From: Planctomycetota bacterium
GTDB taxonomy: Bacteria > Planctomycetota > UBA11346
Reading direction: 5' to 3'
NCBI GenBank assembly: GCA_013696105.1
Contig: JACCZE010000434.1
Coordinates: 1 to 59,115, forward strand
Length of the DNA: 59,115 nucleotides
The notes beneath the pieces are model-generated. The model did not search any database, had not been told where the DNA came from, and saw nothing but the letters and a program-made list of their open reading frames with translations. Position 1 is the stretch's first letter, and the number at the start of each line of letters is the position of its first letter. The position numbers were made by a program, and so were the translations under genes. Below, in pieces: positions 37,635 to 45,162 of the stretch.

Positions 37635-39917
37635 TCATGGAGCCGTCCGCTGCACGCGCACGATCGCATCCGCGATGCGCTGCCGAGAGGATTCGTACCA
37701 GTCCGCCGCCATGCGCCGGCCATCGTCCTGCGCGGCGTCAGGGCGCTCCTCTTTGAGCCGGACGTCCGCCTCGATCGCCTGCTCGGGAGTGGCCGCGTTC
37801 TTGCCGATGGGATCGATCGGGGCGAGCACTGATTCCAAGGTCTGCAGCGCCTGATCGGCCGCCCCCCCCCGGCCCTCGGCCCGCGCGCGCTCCGCAGCGG
37901 CGCGCAGGGTGTACGCGTAGCGGTAGTCGTACACTCCCTCGCGGACTGCTTCCCATTCGAGCGTCGGATCATGGGTCGGTTCGTCCATCGATGGGAAGAC
38001 GATGTTCCAGTCTCGATGCTCGCCATCGAAATCGGCGTGGTGATCGTGCTCGAACAGGCTGTAGGCGAAGAACTGCATCGACCGGGCTCCGGTCTTCGCG
38101 AAATAGAATCCGGCGCGGTAGCGGTTCGATTCCGGATTCACGTCGACCGACGAGGTGTAGAACATCAGGGTGGCCCCGGCGGCCTTCACCTCGGCACCGA
38201 CCTCGGGAGTCAGGTAGACGAGGTTGTAGGCATCGTAGTCGAGTACCGGCTGCAGCACCCCCACCGCCTTCGGGTTCGCGGTGATGTAGCTCCTGGCGCC
38301 GGGGGTTTCGCGGATCCACGAGCACGCTTTCAACGCGCTGGCTATGAGCGGATCGGTATGCGGCTCATCGACCGGGAAGAATCCCGTGTCGGTGAATCCT
38401 TCGGCCTTCGCCGCGTCCATGATCGCGGTCAGCACCGACGAGAAGGCGCGATGGTGCTCAGGCGATCCATCGGCCGTCCGTGCATTCGACCGGACGAGAT
38501 CGATCAGGCTTCCGGTGCTGCTGATCATCGGCGAGCGGAAGCCCAGCTGCTTCAATTCAGCGAAGGTCGCCCGCACGGCGGTCATGTCCATCGCCACGGT
38601 CTGCTGCGGACCGGGCGAGAGCTTCGGCAGCAATCCGGTCACCAGCATGTCGATGCCGTGATCGCGCATGTCGCGCAGGTCGAACGGCGACATCTCGGCA
38701 TAGTCGGCGTAATAGAACAATCCATGGGTCGCATGGGCGGGATGCTCGAGCGTGAACGGCAGCACCTCCACCGACACCGGCAGAGCGGCGGCACCTCCGC
38801 GTTCACTGGTGATCGATAGCGTCCCGAGATAGGTGCCGGGACCAGCCCCGTCAGGCACGCGAACCGTGACACAGGCGATGCCCAATCGGTCGGGAGCGAT
38901 CACCGGGTCGCCTCGCGAGAGATGCTCCGGGGATTCGCGATAGTCCTTGGACCACGAACTTCCGACCTTCTGGATGGAGTAGCGTGCCCAACGTACCGGA
39001 GCACCCGACAACGCGATACGTCCACTCGCGGAGGTCGGGTCCGAAAAGGCCACTCCGACCCGGCCGAGATCCGCGATGGCCCGGATCGCGACCAGGACGC
39101 TGCGCGACTCACCAGGACAGATGCGGATCTGGCAACGCGCATCGCTCCCGCTGGGCAGCGAGTTCGCGAACAGCTGGCGGCTCACCGGCGGGAAGAACAC
39201 GCTGAATCCGCGCTTGGTATCCTCCGAGGTCGGTGCGCCGGGAGCACCCGGATCCGGCAGGCCGAGATCGTTCATCCCGTCCTTGGCGCGGGCGACGGCA
39301 GCAGCCCGACGTTCTCGGAGCAGGGCGTGCGCACGGGTGATGCGCAGGTCGCGGTCGGCGAGGTCCGCGTCCGTCGAGAACAGCAGCATCGACGCGACCG
39401 GGATCGCGGCCGTGATGTTGTTCACGCCGAATCGCAAGGACCTGCCATCGCCGCTGCGCAGCATCGAGCGCGGGATGACCAGCGTCTCCTCCTTCCAAGC
39501 CCCATCACCGGCTCCGCCCACCTCGCCGAGGATGGATTTCCCGTAGAACCCCTCCCCGCCCCTCCAACTCCAGAAGTGCATCGGCTTCTGTGCGATATCC
39601 TTGAACCGCACGCTGAGGTAGAAGACCTGCGAGATCGCGCCGTGCTCTGGACCGAGGGCAAAGGCTGGCATCGACCACAGGACCTGGAACTGGTCCGGCT
39701 TGAGTGCGCGGTAGACCGAGCCGTCAGCCTCTCCAACCGCACCGACCCGATCGATGGTCTCGAAGTGCGACGGCGCCGAGGGATCGAGATCCGCGGCGGA
39801 TCCGAGGGTCCAGAGATGGTGATGCGGACCATCCATCTCCCTCTCCATCGCCGGTGCCGCTGCGATGGCGAGGAGCAGGCATATCGTCGACAGGAAGCGC
39901 ATGGCGATCACCGGCAT
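37635..39917 (-). CDS. Secreted glycoside-hydrolase-like protein (DUF4091/GH123-like suspected)
   Basis: Track ORF of 760 aa with the signal peptide MRFLSTICLLLAIAAAPA. It sits inside the glycan-degradation island. The family call is by resemblance only. Confidence 0.45.
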   Translation of the reverse strand: MPVIAMRFLSTICLLLAIAAAPAMEREMDGPHHHLWTLGSAADLDPSAPSHFETIDRVGAVGEADGSVYRALKPDQFQVLWSMPAFALGPEHGAISQVFYLSVRFKDIAQKPMHFWSWRGGEGFYGKSILGEVGGAGDGAWKEETLVIPRSMLRSGDGRSLRFGVNNITAAIPVASMLLFSTDADLADRDLRITRAHALLRERRAAAVARAKDGMNDLGLPDPGAPGAPTSEDTKRGFSVFFPPVSRQLFANSLPSGSDARCQIRICPGESRSVLVAIRAIADLGRVGVAFSDPTSASGRIALSGAPVRWARYSIQKVGSSWSKDYRESPEHLSRGDPVIAPDRLGIACVTVRVPDGAGPGTYLGTLSITSERGGAAALPVSVEVLPFTLEHPAHATHGLFYYADYAEMSPFDLRDMRDHGIDMLVTGLLPKLSPGPQQTVAMDMTAVRATFAELKQLGFRSPMISSTGSLIDLVRSNARTADGSPEHHRAFSSVLTAIMDAAKAEGFTDTGFFPVDEPHTDPLIASALKACSWIRETPGARSYITANPKAVGVLQPVLDYDAYNLVYLTPEVGAEVKAAGATLMFYTSSVDVNPESNRYRAGFYFAKTGARSMQFFAYSLFEHDHHADFDGEHRDWNIVFPSMDEPTHDPTLEWEAVREGVYDYRYAYTLRAAAERARAEGRGGAADQALQTLESVLAPIDPIGKNAATPEQAIEADVRLKEERPDAAQDDGRRMAADWYESSRQRIADAIVRVQRTAP

Positions 39918-40082
39918 GGGAGAATGGTTGCTCGTCGTTCCGCAGGTCGAATGGCCGCAGATTCCCGGAGTGACCGGTCTGTGTCCACGCCTGCGAATCT
40001 ACCGCTGCGTGCCGGTCGTCCACAGCCGCACCTGCTCCATTTTAGCATGATTCGCGAGGATCGCGCCACATCCCAGGCGGTT

Positions 40083-40565
40083 TCAATGCAGAGGTCGCCC
40101 ACGTGCGAATGCGCACAAGGGTTCGCCCGCGAGGCGGAACGTCGTCCAGTCATCCATCGGCACGGCCCCGACGGTCCGGTAGAACGCGATCGCAGGCTCG
40201 TTCCAATCCAATACCGACCACTCGCAGCGCCCGCAGCCACGCTCCACCGCCAGGGATGCCACCGCGCGCAGGAGCCGAGTCCCATGTCCGTGACCGCGAT
40301 GCGCGGGCTGGACGTACAGATCCTCGAGGTGGATGCCCGGTCGGGCGAGAAACGTCGAGAAGTTATGGAAGAAGAGCGCGAAGCCGACGACCTGCCCGGC
40401 CTCTTCGGCGATCAGGACCTCGGCATGCGGTCGCGGACCGAACAAGTGCCGGGCCATGGCCTCGCTCGTCAGCGACACCTCGTGTTCCAGCCGCTCATAG
40501 GCCGCGAGCTCGCGGACCAGGCCGCAGATCGCATCGACGTCGGCTGCGACGGCCGCGCGGATCAT
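40083..40565 (-). CDS. GNAT-family N-acetyltransferase (diamine acetyltransferase-like)
   Basis: Track ORF 40083..40580. The start at MIRAAV (40565) overlaps the DinB stop as ATGA. The acetyl-CoA motif region reads LEDLYVQPAHRGHGHGTRLLRAV. Confidence 0.8.
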   Translation of the reverse strand: MIRAAVAADVDAICGLVRELAAYERLEHEVSLTSEAMARHLFGPRPHAEVLIAEEAGQVVGFALFFHNFSTFLARPGIHLEDLYVQPAHRGHGHGTRLLRAVASLAVERGCGRCEWSVLDWNEPAIAFYRTVGAVPMDDWTTFRLAGEPLCAFARGRPLH

Positions 40566-41074
40566 GCCTCGCTCGGCCACCTGCGGTCCTGGGCGATCGC
40601 GCGCAGCTGCTCCAGGTGGTGCTCGGTGTGCGTGACGATCGTCCGCGCGATCTGGGCGAAGGACTTCACCCCTGCTTCGCTGTGCACTCCCGAACGTGCG
40701 AGCGCCTCGGATGGGAGCGCGTCGATCAGGTCGATGCTCGCGAGACGGGTCGCGCGGAACAGGTCGCGGGTCACGGTCACGCTGCGGCGGTCGTACGCCA
40801 GCTTCTCGGCCCAGCGGTTCTCGTCATAGGCCCACAGCAGCGGCTTGTCGTCGGCCGCGACGCGACGGAGGCGATCGAAGAACACCGTCTCGGCGTCGCA
40901 CAGATGCACCAGGATCAGGCGCATCGACCATTTGCCGGGGGCATAGGTGCGTGCCAGCGTCGCGGCATCGCCCGCGGAGAATGCCATCACCTCGTCGGTG
41001 CTGCGTCGCAGGGCGGCGACCAGTTCGATTCGAACCTCGTCCATGCGGCCTCCCGTTTCCGGATCAACGCTCAT
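40562..41074 (-). CDS. DinB-family protein
   Basis: Track ORF 40562..41089; the start is uncertain (MSVDPE at 41074). It has the four-helix His pattern WSMRLILVHLCDAE ... IVTHTEHHLEQL. Confidence 0.65.
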   Translation of the reverse strand: MSVDPETGGRMDEVRIELVAALRRSTDEVMAFSAGDAATLARTYAPGKWSMRLILVHLCDAETVFFDRLRRVAADDKPLLWAYDENRWAEKLAYDRRSVTVTRDLFRATRLASIDLIDALPSEALARSGVHSEAGVKSFAQIARTIVTHTEHHLEQLRAIAQDRRWPSEA

Positions 41075-41078
41075 CGCA

Positions 41079-42113
41079 TCACTCTCCAACCGTCTGTGAG
41101 GTCCATGTCGGGGTGCAACGCGGACCGTCGGTCGTCCACTCCAGCCGATCGAGATGCATCCGCCGCGCCGTCATCGCCGGATCCCACGCATGGTAGGCGA
41201 GGTATTCGGTGATCCCATCGGGTCCGACCACCAGGGAATTGTGCCCCGGTCCGATGACCTTGCCGGGAATCGTCCGGAGGATGCGCGGACCGGCCTCGCC
41301 GCCAGCGTCCGAATAGGGACCAAGCACGGAATCAGCCACCGCATAGTCGACGCCGTAGCTGTCGTTTCCGAAGCACGCGCCGCTGTAGATGCAATAATAA
41401 CGGCCATCGTGCTTGACCACGCATGGTCCTTCGAGCGTGTGCCAATCCCAGATCTTGCCGTACATCGGCCGCTTGGCTCGAAACAGCTGCCAATCATGGC
41501 GCGCACGCAGGACGACGCGCTCCTCGCCGGCGAGCCGCGTCATGCCGATCATGCGATCGACGACCAGCGCCGTGCCGGCGCGGCAGCCGTCGACCTCGTC
41601 GGCAAAATCGCGGGCATAGAACAGGTACCAGGTGCCATCGTCATCGCGGAACGGGTGGGTGTCGATGGCGAAGGGCATGGTCCCGGGCGCCATCATCGGT
41701 GTCCCGGTGTCACGATAGGGGCCTTCCGGCCGAACCGACGTGGCGACGCGCAACTGATGTCCCGGTCCGACGGAATAATACAGATAGAAGCACCCGTGGG
41801 CTTCGGCAACGGACGGTGCCCAGAACTCGCTGCCGAGGCGATGATCCGGACGCACCATCGCCTGATGGACGGAGGTCCAATGCACGAAGTCGTCGCTGCG
41901 CAGCACGGGGAAGACGCGATCCCCATCCACATCCACATCCGGCTTCTGAGTCGGCGTACCCTGGGCGAGATCACCGGCGGTTCCCCCTCCCGTGCCGATG
42001 GCGTAATACACATCGCGATGCTTCCACACGAACGGATCGGCGAGATATCCATCGTGCACGGGATTGGCATAGGAGCGCCCACCCCTTCCAGTCGATGCAT
42101 GCGGCTGTGCCAT
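41079..42113 (-). CDS. GH43-family glycoside hydrolase
   Basis: Track ORF 41079..42269, trimmed to MAQPHAS (ATG at 42113). Motifs are YLADPFVWKHRDVYYAIGT, LRSDDFVHW, EFWAPSVAEAHGCFYLYYS and WHTLEGPCVVKHDGRYYCIYSG. Confidence 0.8.
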   Translation of the reverse strand: MAQPHASTGRGGRSYANPVHDGYLADPFVWKHRDVYYAIGTGGGTAGDLAQGTPTQKPDVDVDGDRVFPVLRSDDFVHWTSVHQAMVRPDHRLGSEFWAPSVAEAHGCFYLYYSVGPGHQLRVATSVRPEGPYRDTGTPMMAPGTMPFAIDTHPFRDDDGTWYLFYARDFADEVDGCRAGTALVVDRMIGMTRLAGEERVVLRARHDWQLFRAKRPMYGKIWDWHTLEGPCVVKHDGRYYCIYSGACFGNDSYGVDYAVADSVLGPYSDAGGEAGPRILRTIPGKVIGPGHNSLVVGPDGITEYLAYHAWDPAMTARRMHLDRLEWTTDGPRCTPTWTSQTVGE

Positions 42114-42447
42114 GGGCCCCGATCCTAGGATCGGATCCGACGTTGGAATCCCTGCGTGGACCTGTCCATTCAGTGGCCTCCACTGTGCCCGCCGAAGCAC
42201 GAGCCCTTCTGCACCGGGGCATGTGACGTACCCGTCATCCCAGAGCGATCCAGACCGATCCAGAGACATGTTCCGCTCCGCGACGATCGGCCGACGTCAC
42301 GGGCCGCCACGGACTCACCCTGCCGTTCTCGGGACCCCCACTGCTGGATCCTGTCCCCGTGACCTTGTCGAAAGTTTCCGTCACGCAGCCGATCGTTGCC
42401 CACCGGTCCTGGTACAGTACGTGACCACCTTTTGATGGAAACATCCC

Positions 42448-42603
42448 ATGCGTCATCCACTGAGAAACCTGTTCCTGCTCATGCTCGGCAAGCGGGTCTA
42501 CAAGCACTACAAGAACCGCAAGATGGTCGATGCCAGCAGGGCTGGCCGTCCGTACTCGCAGCACCAGGGCAGCCATTCGGCCGAGGGAACCCATCGCGGG
42601 TGA
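42448..42603 (+). CDS. Possible 51-aa basic peptide (MRHPLRNLFLLMLGKRVYKHYKNRKMVDASRAGRPYSQHQGSHSAEGTHRG)
   Basis: Found by hand translation; it is below the track cut-off. Its synonymous codon choice is GC-rich (AAG, TAC, AAC, CGC). The SD is only weak. It ends at the edge of an AT-rich island. Confidence 0.3.
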   Translation: MRHPLRNLFLLMLGKRVYKHYKNRKMVDASRAGRPYSQHQGSHSAEGTHRG

Positions 42604-42852
42604 ATAGTAACTGATCAGTCGGAACGGGATTACGAATAATAAAGTTACTGATCGCACGCGTCTGGTCGCGAAGCCCAACGACTTCGCTGGATACTTCGAA
42701 CTGGCGCGCTGGATCTTGCCCCCTGCTGAGCCGAATGAGGGCCCCGTATGTAATGGAGGCACTGGTACGTAGCGTCTCCCAGTGATGCACCCTCGGTCAC
42801 GTTTCCCCTCGTTCCCGCACAGAGCGGTGCGGACACGACATGCTTCCGCACC

Positions 42853-43767
42853 ATGCGAACACTTTCAGTTGCGGTGCGACTGTTCGTCACCGTCCTGCTG
42901 GCGATCCCGACGGCGGCTTCCCAGACCTGGTCGGGGCAGCAGCTCGTTGAGATCAACGCCATCGAGCGGAAGGTCGTCTCTGGCAATGGATATTTTTCGA
43001 TCCGCACACCACACTTCCAGGTGCGGACGGAGATCGATGCGCGCTTCACCGCCGAACTCGCCCGCTACATGGAACTGTTCCATGACGAGGCCACGAAGCT
43101 GCTGATGCTGTCGGACGTCGTCGCCCAGACGCCCGCACAGATCACCGTCTTCGCCTCGCAGTCGAGGTACCAGGCCTCCTTGGGAAAGGGGACCCGCTCC
43201 CGCGGCCAGTTCGATTGGCTCTACCCCAACGACACCGGCACGGCGATATACACCCTCCGCACCTACGCGGCGAACGATCGTGAACGGACGTTCGGCGGAT
43301 TCTGTCGAGCGATCATCAATCACGAAGCGACCCATTACCTGCTGCAACTGCGCGCCGGCCGCAACCGCATTCCGAACCTGGTGCACGAAGGCGTCGCCAC
43401 CTACCTGCAATCCTGGGACTTCTTCAAATCCCGTGAATGGAACCTCGCGCACCACTCCTGCGAATTCGCGCCGAACCTGAAGCATGCGATCGAGGTCCAC
43501 GATGTACCGTCGATCTCATGGCTATCCGAGGTCGCGACCTGGGATGTCGATGATTTCGGCCCCCTCACCAACACGCGCTACGCCTGCGCCGAGAATTTCA
43601 TCGCCTACCTTCTGTGCGACGACTCGCGCAAAGGGTTCTTCAAGCAGCTGATGTCGGCGGCCACCGGAGGCGAGAAGGTCCAGCGCTTGTTCACAGCGGG
43701 ACCGGGAGCCGATCTCGAAGCGCAATGGCGGCGCTGCCTGTTCGGTACGACCGATCCCCGGGGCTGA
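42853..43767 (+). CDS. Secreted zincin-like peptidase (DUF1570-type, HEXXH)
   Basis: Track ORF of 304 aa with the signal peptide MRTLSVAVRLFVTVLLAIPTAAS. The HEXXH motif lies in IINHEATHYLL, followed by VHEGVATYL. Confidence 0.6.
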   Translation: MRTLSVAVRLFVTVLLAIPTAASQTWSGQQLVEINAIERKVVSGNGYFSIRTPHFQVRTEIDARFTAELARYMELFHDEATKLLMLSDVVAQTPAQITVFASQSRYQASLGKGTRSRGQFDWLYPNDTGTAIYTLRTYAANDRERTFGGFCRAIINHEATHYLLQLRAGRNRIPNLVHEGVATYLQSWDFFKSREWNLAHHSCEFAPNLKHAIEVHDVPSISWLSEVATWDVDDFGPLTNTRYACAENFIAYLLCDDSRKGFFKQLMSAATGGEKVQRLFTAGPGADLEAQWRRCLFGTTDPRG

Positions 43768-44087
43768 CCCGAGTCCAGCCGTCGCAACGCGCGGCGGTAC
43801 AGGTCCGATCTCCACCGCGTGAGGCGCCTCACGAGTGTTTGCTAGCTCCGCCCATTCGTGGCGGACAGCAGGCGATTTCCCGCGTGGCTGCATGTGTCGG
43901 GCACTGCGAATCGCCACTGGCAGTCGCCAGAGCGTAAACGGTTCGCCCAGGGTTCCTCCGGCCACAACAGCGGTTCGACCTACACGGCTGCGCGCTACCC
44001 GCGTCAACTTCCGTCACCGGTTGTCAACTTGAGCTGATCAGCGCGCATGAATATGCTGGGCGTCCCTTCGCATGCAGGAGACCTCAC

Positions 44088-44294
44088 ATGCCTGGTGATC
44101 CGCCGCTGATGCTCGTGGCCGACGCGCATCCCGAGGACGCTCGCCTGCTCCGCGAGGCCTTCGCCGCAAGCGACCCCGGCATCCGGATCGAGTCGGCTCT
44201 GAGCGGAGCCGACGCCATCCGGCGCATCGAATCAAACCGCAGTCATCGCTCCCCGTCCCGATCTCAGGAGCCGAACTGCGACCAGATCAACTGA
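44088..44294 (+). pseudogene. Truncated receiver-domain (CheY-like) gene remnant
   Basis: Track ORF of 68 aa. LMLVADAHPEDARLLREAFAAS...IESALSGADAIRRIE matches only the first ~50 residues of a receiver domain. It then runs into non-homologous sequence, and the phospho-acceptor Asp region is absent. Confidence 0.4.
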
Positions 44295-44395
44295 GCAGCG
44301 GCGGCAGGCAGCGCGCTCATCGACCCATCGATCCTGCTCGCGACCCGGGTGTTCCGGGGACCGGGAGGATCGGACACGACAAAGGAAACAATCTC

Positions 44396-44827
44396 ATGGC
44401 CAGCAGCAAGCGCGGGTTCGCTTCGATGGATCTCGACAAGCAGCGTCTCATCTCGAGCAAGGGTGGGAAGGCATCGCACCAGAAGGGCAATGCCCACGAG
44501 TTCACCTCCGAGGAGGCGAAGATCGCTGGCAGCAAGGGCGGACGGGCGGCTCATGAGAAGGGCACCGCCCATGAATTCACCGCCGAGGAGGCCCGCGAAG
44601 CGGGCCGACGCGGTGGAGAGCTGGTGAGCGCGGACCGCGAGCACATGGCCCAGATCGGCCGCAAGGGCGGAGAAGCACGCGCACAGAACAGTCTGAGGAA
44701 TCAGGCGCGTTCACAGGAAGGCCTTGCCCCTGTCACCGGGATGGGGAGCCGCGGCGATCGCCCATCGCATCCGACCATGCCATCGACCACGACGATCACG
44801 CAGGAAAACGCCCAAGCGCTGGCCTGA
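44396..44827 (+). CDS. KGG-repeat general stress protein (YciG/GsiB-like)
   Basis: Track ORF of 143 aa with repeated motifs SKGGKASHQKGNAHEFTSEEA, SKGGRAAHEKGTAHEFTAEEA, RRGGE and RKGGEA. Confidence 0.8.
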   Translation: MASSKRGFASMDLDKQRLISSKGGKASHQKGNAHEFTSEEAKIAGSKGGRAAHEKGTAHEFTAEEAREAGRRGGELVSADREHMAQIGRKGGEARAQNSLRNQARSQEGLAPVTGMGSRGDRPSHPTMPSTTTITQENAQALA

Positions 44828-44874
44828 AACGCGGGACGTGGCGACCGGAGCGTAATTCCCGGGCGCCACGCCCT

Positions 44875-45137
44875 CTAACAGGCTGTTGAAAAACAACAGC
44901 CTGTTAGCGTTGAAGAAACCCCGGCGCGACCTGCGGTCGCTATTTTTCCGGGTTTCATCAACTTCGACTTTTGTCCAGGGGGCAAAATGCCCCCTTCAAC
45001 CCCCAGCAAGCTGTTGAAAAACAACAGCCTGTTAGCGTTGAAGAAACCCCGGCGCGACCTGCGGTCGCTATGTTGCCGGGGATTCTTCAACTTCGACTTT
45101 TTGTCCAGAGGGCAAAATGCCCCCTTCAACCCCCAGC
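44875..45137. repeat. Two tandem copies of a ~129-bp multi-hairpin element
   Basis: Copy 1 is about 44879-45007 and copy 2 about 45008-45137, with a 128-130 bp period, a few substitutions and two small indels. Each copy holds a 14-bp-stem hairpin with an A5 loop (44875-44907 in copy 1). Each also holds a nested GCGACC-TGC-GGTCGC hairpin inside the GTTGAAGAAACCCCGG/CCGGGTTTCATCAAC arms. A third hairpin is AGGGGGCA-AAA-TGCCCCCT (44977-44995). Confidence 0.9.
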
Positions 45138-45162
45138 TCAGCAGGATGTTTTTCAACACCTG

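Noticed and set aside
44875-45137. Possible CRISPR array.
   Set aside because: There are only two units. The units are ~129 bp and directly abut, with no unique spacers between them. No cas genes are in the window.
44875-45159. The 94-aa track ORF on the - strand inside the tandem repeat.
   Set aside because: The ORF is generated by the repeat itself; the same peptide segment appears twice. It has no SD, and its composition is unlike that of neighbouring genes.
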